32,800 nt of DNA from an uncultured bacterium (GTDB lineage: Bacteria > Cloacimonadota > Cloacimonadia > Cloacimonadales > Cloacimonadaceae). Below, piece by piece: positions 1 to 9,003 of the stretch. A program made the translations under genes and the position numbers. The notes under the pieces are model-generated. The model was not told the DNA's origin. It was given only the letters and a program-made list of their open reading frames with translations, and did no database searches. Numbering within the stretch: the first letter of the stretch is position 1; each line of letters opens with the position of its first letter. Location: positions 1 through 32,800 of the forward strand of contig CAXYWN010000001.1 in the NCBI GenBank assembly GCA_964292625.1. Direction: 5' to 3'.

Positions 1-828
1 TGGGTCAGGTATCCCTATCAAGCTATGCTGGCCAACGCTGAACCTGTGATCATCCCAACTTATGAAACGGATGATTACAAACTCACAGCCGCTTCACTTA
101 ATCAGTCGATTGCTGACAATCCCTGCGCCAAAGTTCTGCTTTTGAACAGTCCCAACAACCCCACCGGAGCGGTTTATTCCCGCCAGGAACTGGAAGCCAT
201 CGCCGCCATTTGCGTCCAGAAAAACATTCTGGTTGTCTCGGACGAGATTTACGAACGCCTTGTTTATGACGGCATAAAACATGTATCCATCGCATCGCTG
301 AGCCCGGAGATGAAGGAACGGACAGTGGTTATTAACGGAGTTTCCAAAGCTTATGCCATGACCGGCTGGCGGCTCGGTTACGCTGCGGGTCCCAGCCACA
401 TAATCGCCGCCGCAGGCAGAGTTCAGGCACATGCGACCTCCTGCGTCAACTCCATCACTCAGAAAGCCTGCGTGACAGCCCTGGCCGAAGAAGACGAATC
501 CATCGAAAACATGCGCGTCGAATTTGAAAAACGCCGCAATTACCTCTATGCCGAAATGAGCAAGCTGCCCCACATCTCATGTTTCAAGCCCCAGGGAGCT
601 TTCTATATTATGCCCAACATCGGCTGGTACCTCCAGAACAACAACCAGGGAATCAAGGATAGCGGCAAATTTTGTGAAGTTCTGCTTGAAAAACACCATG
701 TGGCGGTGGTTGCAGGTGATGCCTTCGGTATCGCCACCAACGTCAGATTCTCCTATGCCAACAGCATGGAAAACCTCCAAAAAGGTGTCACCCGTTTCGC
801 AACATTCCTCAGTGAACTCCGCTCTTAA
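1..828 (+). CDS. PLP-dependent aminotransferase class I/II (aspartate aminotransferase-like), 5' end outside the window
   Basis: Frame is open from base 1. Motifs NSPNNPTG, DEIY, SKAYAMTGWRLGY (PLP lysine), PQGAFY and RFSYA are present. Confidence 0.93.
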   Translation, partial: WVRYPYQAMLANAEPVIIPTYETDDYKLTAASLNQSIADNPCAKVLLLNSPNNPTGAVYSRQELEAIAAICVQKNILVVSDEIYERLVYDGIKHVSIASLSPEMKERTVVINGVSKAYAMTGWRLGYAAGPSHIIAAAGRVQAHATSCVNSITQKACVTALAEEDESIENMRVEFEKRRNYLYAEMSKLPHISCFKPQGAFYIMPNIGWYLQNNNQGIKDSGKFCEVLLEKHHVAVVAGDAFGIATNVRFSYANSMENLQKGVTRFATFLSELRS

Positions 829-846
829 GCCGCCAGGAAAATTCTT

Positions 847-1077
847 ATGACGGACGTTGAAGAAAAAAACCGCGAACGCTGGCAGGATAAGCGCAAAAAG
901 ACCTACGATTGGAAACGCCTTGTAATCATGGTGCTGGCCCTGGTCGCCATCTTTTTTGTGATCAACAGGTTGAACAGAGTGGGCTCCAGCGATAAACCTG
1001 CCATAGAGTTTGTTTCGCCGGACAGCGCTCGAACTCCCGAAACACAAACTCCGCCTGCTGAAGGGGTCAATCCATGA
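847..1077 (+). CDS. Small single-pass membrane protein, function unknown
   Basis: 76-aa ORF with basic N-terminus and hydrophobic helix LVIMVLALVAIFFVI. AGGA lies upstream and the stop overlaps the next start (ATGA). Confidence 0.75.
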   Translation: MTDVEEKNRERWQDKRKKTYDWKRLVIMVLALVAIFFVINRLNRVGSSDKPAIEFVSPDSARTPETQTPPAEGVNP

Positions 1078-1964
1078 GCCTGGTGATCGTTGGTTCGATC
1101 GCCCTGGATACGATTGAAACCCCGCATGGCAAGGTAGAAGAAGCTCTGGGCGGCTCCGCTGTCTATGCTTCGCTGGCAGCTTCCTATTTCGGCCCCACCT
1201 ACATCGTTGGTGTGGTCGGCGAGGATTATCCGCAGGCTGGCATAGATTTGCTGAATGCGCACAAGATCAATCTGGACGGTCTGGAGATCAAGCCGGGAAA
1301 AACCTTTCGCTGGAGCGGAACTTATCGCCAGTGGAGTCAAGCCGACACCCTGAGCACCGACCTAAACGTTTTCGCGGATTTTTCCCCTCAACTGCCCCCC
1401 AGCTGCAAATGCTGCCGTTGCCTGCTTTTGGCGAATATCCATCCCCAATTGCAATTGCAGGTGCTAAACCAGATCGAAAGCTACCAATGGGTGGCTTGCG
1501 ACACGATGAACTACTGGATCTCGCTGTGCCCCGATCTGCTTTCCGAGGTGATCAGCAAAGTGGATATCGTCTTTATTAATGAAGATGAGATCCGCCAGTT
1601 CACCGGGCTGGAAAACATCTTTGCCGCCGGACGCAAACTGCTCTCGATGGGCGTCAAAGTTGTGGTGATCAAACGAGGCGAATACGGCACTGTAACTGTT
1701 TTGCCGGATGACCTGTTTTTTGCGCCGGCCTATCCGGTGGACCAGGTGAAAGACCCCACCGGCGCCGGAGACAGTTTCGCGGGCGGCTTCATGAGCTATC
1801 TGGCCACCCAGGATGAATTGAACAAGAATGCCATCCGCAACGCCGTGCGCTTTGGCACGGTGCTGGCGGCGAAAAATGTTGCCTCGTTCAGCGTGGACGG
1901 TCTGGTCAATCAGGAATTTGCCGAATTGCAGAAAAAAGTCCACCAATTGCGCAACTGGGCTTGA
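1074..1964 (+). CDS. PfkB/ribokinase-family carbohydrate or nucleoside kinase
   Basis: N-terminal GSIALD...LGGSA, G-x-VGED, FINEDE, VIKRGEYG and the PfkB signature DPTGAGDSFAGGF. Confidence 0.93.
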   Translation: MSLVIVGSIALDTIETPHGKVEEALGGSAVYASLAASYFGPTYIVGVVGEDYPQAGIDLLNAHKINLDGLEIKPGKTFRWSGTYRQWSQADTLSTDLNVFADFSPQLPPSCKCCRCLLLANIHPQLQLQVLNQIESYQWVACDTMNYWISLCPDLLSEVISKVDIVFINEDEIRQFTGLENIFAAGRKLLSMGVKVVVIKRGEYGTVTVLPDDLFFAPAYPVDQVKDPTGAGDSFAGGFMSYLATQDELNKNAIRNAVRFGTVLAAKNVASFSVDGLVNQEFAELQKKVHQLRNWA

Positions 1965-1981
1965 ACCCCAGGATCGACTGT

Positions 1982-3016
1982 ATGAAAGAAGATAAATTGG
2001 ACTACCGCAGTTCTGGAGTGAACATCCAGGCTGGAGAAGACGCAGTAAATGCCATCCGCGCGCTGGCAAGAAGCACCTACAACGCCAATGTGCACGGTGA
2101 TCTGGGCAGCTTTGGCGGTTTATTCAGGTTTGACAAAGACTCCTTCAAAGACCCGATCTTGGTGTCCAGCACAGATGGAGTCGGCACCAAACTCCGCGTG
2201 GCAATCAAGGCCGGGCGCTATGACAGCCTGGGTCAGGATCTGGTAAATCATTGTGTCAACGACATTTTGGTTCAGGGCGCTCTGCCGCTGTTTTTCCTGG
2301 ATTACATAGGTTTGGGCAAGCTCGATTCCCAGATGGTCCAACAGCTTATATCCGGAATGGCCAAAGCCTGCTCTGAAAACGGCTGCGCCTTGATCGGGGG
2401 CGAGATGGCCGAGATGCCGGGAATCTATCAGAGCGGCGATTTCGATCTCGTGGGCACCATTGTCGGGGCGGTGGATAAGGATAATCTGCTTCCCGGAGCC
2501 AGAATCCAGAAAGGCGACATTTTGATCGGGATACCCAGCAGCGGGCTGCACACCAACGGTTATCCGCTTGCCCGCAGAGTCGTTTTTGAGCACCTCGGTC
2601 TTCAAGACACAGATCATGTTGCCGAACTTGACGCCAGCGTGGAAGACCTCCTGTTAAGCGTCCACAAAAGCTATCTTCCCCAGTTGAAGCCGTTTTTGCG
2701 GGATAAGCGTTTGCACGGACTGGCCCATATCACCGGCGGTGGCATACCTGGAAATCTTAAAAGGATCATCCCGGAAGGGCTCTGCGCTTTTGTGAGCTAC
2801 TCCGAACGCGAAATGCCGCCCCTGTTCAAATGGCTGCAGAGGTCCGGGGAACTAAGCCGCGAAACCATGCTCGAAACATTTAATCTCGGCATTGGTTTGA
2901 TCGCGGTGATCGATCCAGGCTTGAGTTCAGACTTCATGGATTCCATTTCCGCCCTGGTGATCGGGGAGATAGATGAAGAACGCGTCCCCGGCACCAAAGT
3001 TATCGTGATTGACTGA
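1982..3016 (+). CDS. purM: Phosphoribosylformylglycinamidine cyclo-ligase (AIR synthetase)
   Basis: Motifs YRSSGVNI, TDGVGTK, GALPLFFLDY, LIGGE-x-AEMPG, SSGLHTNGY, HITGGG and TFNLGIG. An alternative TTG start at 1961 overlaps the upstream stop. Confidence 0.96.
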   Translation: MKEDKLDYRSSGVNIQAGEDAVNAIRALARSTYNANVHGDLGSFGGLFRFDKDSFKDPILVSSTDGVGTKLRVAIKAGRYDSLGQDLVNHCVNDILVQGALPLFFLDYIGLGKLDSQMVQQLISGMAKACSENGCALIGGEMAEMPGIYQSGDFDLVGTIVGAVDKDNLLPGARIQKGDILIGIPSSGLHTNGYPLARRVVFEHLGLQDTDHVAELDASVEDLLLSVHKSYLPQLKPFLRDKRLHGLAHITGGGIPGNLKRIIPEGLCAFVSYSEREMPPLFKWLQRSGELSRETMLETFNLGIGLIAVIDPGLSSDFMDSISALVIGEIDEERVPGTKVIVID

Positions 3017-3368
3017 CACTATGAGTCCATGCTCTCCAGATCCTGCTCAACAAACTTTTAAAACAAATTGTTCGCCGCTCGTTCCGCCCATATTCCCTGT
3101 TCTTTCTCTAATCTATGGCAGCAGCAGCCCTCTCAGCTAAAAAGCTGTCAGCCCTGGGAGAGTCTTCAGGGAAAGCGAGAGAGCGGACTGAGCGCCAATC
3201 CAACCCGGCCTGTGAGACCCAAGTATTGGCTGAAGCTTGGAGTCCCGAGTTGAGTTTTATTAAATGTTGCGGATACTGCTTGAAAGTTGGCGGGATGCGA
3301 TATTTCTATGGTTCGGCCCCAGACAGTTGTCAAAAAACGGCCGTTAGACACAATCTGCGAAATAATGC

Positions 3369-3395
3369 TTGACGATTTTGGATGGCCTACATAAT
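3369..3395 (+). promoter_or_regulatory. Possible sigma70-type promoter of the TonB operon
   Basis: TTGACG (3369-3374) and CATAAT (3390-3395) in an AT-rich intergenic region about 100 bp before the receptor gene. The 15-bp spacer is short. Confidence 0.3.
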
Positions 3396-3492
3396 CGCAT
3401 CCTAAGAGTAAATATTATGTCCTGAAAGACTGAATTTCTTTACAGACTACGATTTAAAATTAATAATGCTATTTAAGAAGGGAGGTTTTTCG

Positions 3493-6400
3493 ATGAGAAA
3501 AACTGCATTGATCCTGCTGATACTGTTAATCGGGTGTGTCACTTTTTTAGACGCAGCCACAACCGGACGTCTCGCGGTGCGAGTGCGTGATAATCAAGGT
3601 AAAGCTGTTGAGTTTGTAAACGTCGTGGTGCTGAGGGGTTCCCAAAGAATCACCGGCGGCCAGACCAACAACAAGGGTACTGCGATAATCATCAACATTC
3701 CACCGGGTCTCTACACCGTAAAATTTTCTTTTGTTGGCTACGACACCATCACCTACACCGATGTCCGTGTCCAGGTCGATCAAACCGCCAACCTCTCTCC
3801 CGTGATGAACCAATCCGGCGTGAAGCTGGCCGCCGTCGTGGTAACCGCTGAGCAGGACAAAGTTGGAAAAGACCGCACTTCGTCCGAGCGCCAGATCGAA
3901 ATGGAAGGAATGAGCGACGTCTCCGTGGGCGACATTGCGGGAATAGTCTCCCTGCAAGCCGGTGTGAGCAATATCGGCGGTGAGTTGCACATCCGCGGCA
4001 GCCGTGCCAACGAAATCAACTTCACGATTGACGGGATGTCGGTTTCCGACCCCGTGGACGGCGGCAGCGCCCTCCAGGTCGATACAGATGCCATCAGCGA
4101 CATGAAGGTGATGACCGGCGGTTTCCCCGCCGAATACGGCAATGCCCAGTCAGGTGTGATCAATATCGTCACCAAAGACGGAGATTCTTCTTATTCTGGC
4201 AAAATTGAATACAACACCGACCACCTGATCGGCTCCGGTAGAAATTCAGACGTCGTCAAATTCGCCATTGGCGGCCCGCTCTGGCCCTTTGGCGGAGAAG
4301 CTCTGCGCGAACGCCTGACCTTCTATCTAAATGGCGGCAGCGAATGGCAGGATGGCCGTATGAAGGAATATTATATTGCCGACCCGATGTCTGATTACAT
4401 CTTTTTTGATGAGATGAACCAAGCCACCAGACAACTTTTGGAATATGAATATCCGGCCAACGATCCCTATGCCGCAAGGAACAGTTTTTTGGGTATCGAT
4501 TTGGGCAACCGGAACTATAATACCTACAATGTGAACCTGAAATCCAAGTATGTGCTGAATCCCACCCAACGCATCACCCTGGCCGCCCGCGGCGACCGCT
4601 CCCTCGATTATCCTTTCTCCTGGGGGAACCGCTACGCGCTGGACTATTTTGCCGTGAGCGAAACCGAACAGCGGCAGTATATCGCCACCTACGATCATGT
4701 TTTCAATTCCAGTATGAACCTCAAGGTGAAGGGTAGTTATTACCAAAAGAACAGCTATAACGGCCCGCGCGGGATAGACCGCAGCAATTACCTTTATATG
4801 TATATCGACCCCGAAAATCCCGGTCCCCAGTATGTGGACAACGTCTTGATGGGAGATCAGGGTTGGAATAGCGTGGATCACAATTCCGATGGAATTTTTA
4901 GCCCGGATTACGACGGCGACGGAATCAGCGACGCGGATTATCTGGGCGGTTCTTTCTGGATATATCGCATCGCCAGCGTGGAAGATCCCCGCAATGTAAC
5001 AGGTTTTGCGCCTCCCGGCTCCATCTATCAATTCTTCCAGGACGACGTAACCACTTCCGTCAATGCCCGTGCCGATTTTGAATGGCAGATCAATGACACT
5101 CATATGACCAAGACCGGCCTGGAAGTGATCAAACACTCGATCAAAAAAGACCAGTTACAGAATTTCCTGAATATCTATGAGGACAGGTTCCAGGCCAGTT
5201 TAAAACGTGTCTGGGACGATATGGCCGCTTTTGCTCCTGTTTATGACACCCTGGGCAACGTTACAAACATTCCTGACGCACTCTACTCTATGTATGCCAC
5301 CGAAGACGGAGTGCTGATCCCCATATATAAACCCACCGATTATTACAAAGCCGCGCAGGAAGCATCCGGCAAGCGCGACGGTTATCAGGCAGATCCCTGG
5401 CAGATTGCCTATTACCTCCAGGATAAAATGGAATGGGAAGGTATGATAGTGAATGCCGGGGTGCGTTTAGACCTCTGGTATTTGGGCGCCAAGTACAAGG
5501 TTTTGCAAGATGATGCCACCTACAGAACAGTGGATTTCGACCCCAGCGAACGTTTTCAGATGATGGTATCGCCCCGTTTGGGAGTTTCACACCCAATCAC
5601 AGACCGCTCCGTGCTGCGCTTTGCCTACAACTATCAGAACCAGTTACCCCAGATGCAGTTCATCTTTACATCGAAGACTCCGGCTGACGCCAACGTCTCC
5701 GATCAGACCATCACGGTTGGCAACACCAAGCTGGAACCCCAGATCACCGTGACCTACGAGGTTGGCCTTTCTCACCAGCTTTCTGACGACTATGTGGTGG
5801 ACATGACTGCCTATTACAAAAACCTTTACAACTACGTGAGCACGATGAAAGTGTCCAAGCCCAATGAAGAACAGATCTTCTGGTATCAGTTCATTTCCGA
5901 GGACTACGGCTCTGCCCGCGGTATCGATATTCAGTTGGAAAAACTGATGTCCAATTTCAACAACTGGTCGGTGGCCTACTCTTTGGCCTGGGCCCAGGGG
6001 AACAACTCCTCCACCGTGATCCAGGACGAAGCCACCAACCTGCGCGAATTTCCTCTGGACTGGGATGTGCGCCACAACCTGAGCCTGAACTACACCTTCA
6101 GAATCGGACGGGGCGAAGAGTTTTTCGTTCCCTTCACAAACTACATCCTGCCTTTCGACGATTTCAGCGCGAACATCAACTGGAGCTTTGCCTCGGGAGC
6201 GCCCTACACCCCTCAAAGCGAGATTGGGAACAGCTTCCTGGACACCAACAGTGCTCGCAGAAAGTTCACTAATCAGGCCAACATGCGCTTGTCCAAGGGC
6301 ATCACCCTATCGCAAAAGACGAATATCCGCCTTTTCCTGGATATCGAAAACCTCTTCAAGACCAAAAACATCTATACCGTTTACCCCAGAACTGGAAACG

Positions 6401-6546
6401 AATATGACGACGGACAGGATATCGCCGATGCCAACACAGGGTACACCTACCCCGAAGTCAGATATGTATATGACAGGTTCATTCAGAACCCTTGCTTTTA
6501 TAGCAACCACCGCGGCATCACTTTTGGTGTGTCGTTCAATTTCTAG
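3493..6546 (+). CDS. TonB-dependent outer-membrane receptor with N-terminal carboxypeptidase-regulatory-like domain
   Basis: GGAGG RBS before ATG 3493, signal peptide, TTGRLAVRV/NIPPGLYTVKFSFVGY domain, plug motifs LHIRGSR..E...IDG and GGFPAEYGNAQSGVINIVTK, and a C-terminal beta-signal ending in F. Confidence 0.93.
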   Translation: MRKTALILLILLIGCVTFLDAATTGRLAVRVRDNQGKAVEFVNVVVLRGSQRITGGQTNNKGTAIIINIPPGLYTVKFSFVGYDTITYTDVRVQVDQTANLSPVMNQSGVKLAAVVVTAEQDKVGKDRTSSERQIEMEGMSDVSVGDIAGIVSLQAGVSNIGGELHIRGSRANEINFTIDGMSVSDPVDGGSALQVDTDAISDMKVMTGGFPAEYGNAQSGVINIVTKDGDSSYSGKIEYNTDHLIGSGRNSDVVKFAIGGPLWPFGGEALRERLTFYLNGGSEWQDGRMKEYYIADPMSDYIFFDEMNQATRQLLEYEYPANDPYAARNSFLGIDLGNRNYNTYNVNLKSKYVLNPTQRITLAARGDRSLDYPFSWGNRYALDYFAVSETEQRQYIATYDHVFNSSMNLKVKGSYYQKNSYNGPRGIDRSNYLYMYIDPENPGPQYVDNVLMGDQGWNSVDHNSDGIFSPDYDGDGISDADYLGGSFWIYRIASVEDPRNVTGFAPPGSIYQFFQDDVTTSVNARADFEWQINDTHMTKTGLEVIKHSIKKDQLQNFLNIYEDRFQASLKRVWDDMAAFAPVYDTLGNVTNIPDALYSMYATEDGVLIPIYKPTDYYKAAQEASGKRDGYQADPWQIAYYLQDKMEWEGMIVNAGVRLDLWYLGAKYKVLQDDATYRTVDFDPSERFQMMVSPRLGVSHPITDRSVLRFAYNYQNQLPQMQFIFTSKTPADANVSDQTITVGNTKLEPQITVTYEVGLSHQLSDDYVVDMTAYYKNLYNYVSTMKVSKPNEEQIFWYQFISEDYGSARGIDIQLEKLMSNFNNWSVAYSLAWAQGNNSSTVIQDEATNLREFPLDWDVRHNLSLNYTFRIGRGEEFFVPFTNYILPFDDFSANINWSFASGAPYTPQSEIGNSFLDTNSARRKFTNQANMRLSKGITLSQKTNIRLFLDIENLFKTKNIYTVYPRTGNEYDDGQDIADANTGYTYPEVRYVYDRFIQNPCFYSNHRGITFGVSFNF

Positions 6547-6570
6547 AAATCCCCATGGAGGAAAAATAAA

Positions 6571-7401
6571 ATGAGAAAAAGATTCTCGAAGGTATTACCG
6601 CTGATTGTGCTGATGGGACTGCTGTTCGTCGGCCTGGCTTATGCGCAAACCCCTACTCCCGCTCAGGAGACGCCCCCAACAGAAGAGGCTATAGCTGAAA
6701 CTCCGGCTCCGGCCGTTGAACAAGTGCCCGAAGAAGCTCCGGCAGAAGACAAATCTGCCGGCCTCAAAGGCATGGCCGAATTCCTGTTCGGCCGTTCTTT
6801 GGTGAAGACCTTCATCGACGGCGGCTGGGCCATGTGGCCTATCCTGTTAGTGCTAATCTACGGTTTAGCTTACCTTATCTGGAAATTTATCTCCCTGATG
6901 TATGCGAAGATAAACCTCAACGTTTTCCTGAATAAGATCACTCCCCTGATCAAGGAAAAGAAGATGAAGGAAGCGATCGAACTGGCCAAAAATGGTCGTG
7001 GACCAGTCGCTGCTGTGGTCTATGCCGGTTTACTGAAAACTGATCGAGGCGTGGATGCTGTTGAAAAGAGCATGGAAAACGCAGCCATGATCGAGATGTC
7101 TTATCTGGAAAAAGGCTTCGTGGAAATGACCACCACCATCACCCTGGCCCCCATGTTGGGATTTTTGGGTACGGTTTCCGGTATGATTGTAGCCTTTGAC
7201 GCCATTGCCAAAGCTCGCTCGGTTGACGCAACAATCGTGGCTGAAGGTATCAAGATCGCGCTTATCACCACTCAGGCAGGTCTTATCGCTGCCATCCCGA
7301 TCCAGTTCTTCTATAATATTTTCACCACCATGGTGGACGGACTTGTAATCGATATGCAGAGAGCCTCAGAGAAGGTCACAGAAACCCTCATCGAGTCTTG
7401 A
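6571..7401 (+). CDS. exbB: MotA/TolQ/ExbB proton-channel protein with signal peptide and Pro/Glu-rich N-terminal extension
   Basis: GGWAMWPI, APMLGFLGTVSGMI..F and GIKIALITTQAGL motifs; adjacent to exbD and tonB. Confidence 0.92.
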   Translation: MRKRFSKVLPLIVLMGLLFVGLAYAQTPTPAQETPPTEEAIAETPAPAVEQVPEEAPAEDKSAGLKGMAEFLFGRSLVKTFIDGGWAMWPILLVLIYGLAYLIWKFISLMYAKINLNVFLNKITPLIKEKKMKEAIELAKNGRGPVAAVVYAGLLKTDRGVDAVEKSMENAAMIEMSYLEKGFVEMTTTITLAPMLGFLGTVSGMIVAFDAIAKARSVDATIVAEGIKIALITTQAGLIAAIPIQFFYNIFTTMVDGLVIDMQRASEKVTETLIES

Positions 7402-7413
7402 TTAGGGGGAATA

Positions 7414-7887
7414 ATGAAAGTCACCCGCAAAAGAAAGCGTAAAGTCGATATTCCGACTGCCTCCACCGGCGATATCGCTTTCTTGCTGATCGTCTTCTTT
7501 ATGTCAACCACCAAGTTTGACGTTAAGGAAGGAGTTAAGGTACAGCTTAATAAAGCCGTTTCTTCGGAGCAACAACAGACCACTCAGATCAAGCTCACGG
7601 AAAAAGAAATGACCCGCATCGAGATCGTGGAAAACGGATATCTGAAGATCAATGAGGCCGACCCCCGTGCCTTTAGCGATGCTGAGCTGGACAAACTGAT
7701 CCTGGAAAAGATCGAGATGAGGGATGAGTTGAATCGCAGGGAGACAGAACCCACCCTGAAATCCACCAAAATGCTGTTTCTGGTGAAAACAAATCCGGAA
7801 GCCAAGTATAACGAAATGGTGAGAGTGGTGGACCATCTGGTCACCTACCGCGACCGGACCATGATTTCCATCTCAACGGCGATATAG
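7414..7887 (+). CDS. exbD: Biopolymer transport protein ExbD/TolR (copy 1)
   Basis: IPTASTGDIAFLLIVFFMSTT transmembrane segment with the conserved Asp; C-terminal AKYNEMVRVVDHL. Confidence 0.9.
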   Translation: MKVTRKRKRKVDIPTASTGDIAFLLIVFFMSTTKFDVKEGVKVQLNKAVSSEQQQTTQIKLTEKEMTRIEIVENGYLKINEADPRAFSDAELDKLILEKIEMRDELNRRETEPTLKSTKMLFLVKTNPEAKYNEMVRVVDHLVTYRDRTMISISTAI

Positions 7888-7897
7888 GAGTGAAGCG

Positions 7898-8323
7898 ATG
7901 GCTAAGATAATGATGAAAAAAAAGGCGGATGTGGATATTCCAACCACCTCCACCGGTGACATTGCCTTCCTACTCCTGCTTTTCTTCATGGTTTCCACGG
8001 TCTTTGTGCAGGAACGTGTTTTCTGGGTGCAGAGGGATAGATTCCCCTTCGCCTCGGAAAACATCGAACGCGTATCCCGCAATGAGTCCGCGACAATCTA
8101 TATCACTCAAAAAGAAGAAATTCTGATTGACGATTTTCCCCGCTCGGTGGACGATAATTCGATCCTCGATGCTATGCGGGCCAAAGCAAGGGAAATTCCC
8201 ACCCTGCAAGTCTGTTTCAGAACAGACAGAAACACCCGCTATCAGGCGGTTCGCGACGTGATGATGCGCTTGCAGGACGCAGATACCCGCAACGTTGTCT
8301 TTGAAGTACAAAGGAAGCAGTAA
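7898..8323 (+). CDS. exbD: Biopolymer transport protein ExbD/TolR (copy 2)
   Basis: IPTTSTGDIAFLLLLFFMVSTVF and RTDRNTRY..V..VM..L motifs. Confidence 0.9.
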   Translation: MAKIMMKKKADVDIPTTSTGDIAFLLLLFFMVSTVFVQERVFWVQRDRFPFASENIERVSRNESATIYITQKEEILIDDFPRSVDDNSILDAMRAKAREIPTLQVCFRTDRNTRYQAVRDVMMRLQDADTRNVVFEVQRKQ

Positions 8324-8333
8324 GAGGTGAAAC

Positions 8334-8984
8334 ATGGCAATCAGAACATTTGACTGGAAAGACCATTGCAACGCCCAGTTCAGCAAAGCGTTGGCCTTGT
8401 CCATAACCCTCATGCTTTTCGCCTTCCTGGTTACCCCCAGTGCGGGGTCGCAGCGCCAAAAGGAATTGACAGCCATGGCCGAGACGGTCGAAGCGCCGCC
8501 AGATCAGCGTGAAAAAGAAGAAGACGTCCAGGAACAGGAGATTCAGATCGATATCCCGGTGATCAGCGAAGAGCTGGCCACCGATGACACGCCCGAACTC
8601 GCTGAACAAAGAGCTCAGGCCATGCAGATATTTGGAGACCTCCAATCCACCACCAGCTCCTCCCTTCAGTCTAGCGACGATGGAAAACCCTTTGAGTTCA
8701 CTGAATATTCAGATGAGCCTGTCCCCATCGGCCGCATCGCCCCCAAGTATCCGGATTTTGCCCGCAAGGCAGGAGTTCAGGGTACCGTGATCCTGGAAGT
8801 GGAAGTTTACAGAGACGGATCAGTCAGGAATATCGTCGTCAAGAAGTCTATCCAGGCAGGACCCGGAGGCTTGGACGAAGCGGCCATCACCGCAGTCCGC
8901 GCCGTCCGTTTTCAGCCCGGCAAAAGCGGCGGTAATCCTGTGGATACAAAAGTTATTTTACCTGTCGAATTTAAATTGAATTAA
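8334..8984 (+). CDS. tonB: Energy transducer TonB
   Basis: N-terminal anchor, acidic linker, and TonB C-domain PKYPDFARKAGVQGTV.LEV...DG.V...LDEAA..AV....F.PG...G.PV....LPVEF. Confidence 0.93.
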   Translation: MAIRTFDWKDHCNAQFSKALALSITLMLFAFLVTPSAGSQRQKELTAMAETVEAPPDQREKEEDVQEQEIQIDIPVISEELATDDTPELAEQRAQAMQIFGDLQSTTSSSLQSSDDGKPFEFTEYSDEPVPIGRIAPKYPDFARKAGVQGTVILEVEVYRDGSVRNIVVKKSIQAGPGGLDEAAITAVRAVRFQPGKSGGNPVDTKVILPVEFKLN

Positions 8985-9003
8985 GATAAATTGGGAGTAT
9001 CAC

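Noticed and set aside
3017-3465. Short ORFs or a riboswitch in the purM-receptor gap
   Set aside because: The ORFs lack an RBS and plausible composition. I could not match a cobalamin, TPP or other riboswitch consensus; an Rfam scan would settle it.
7441-7990. DNA similarity between the two exbD 5' regions
   Set aside because: Explained by paralogy of the conserved transmembrane motif; tandem exbD genes are common.
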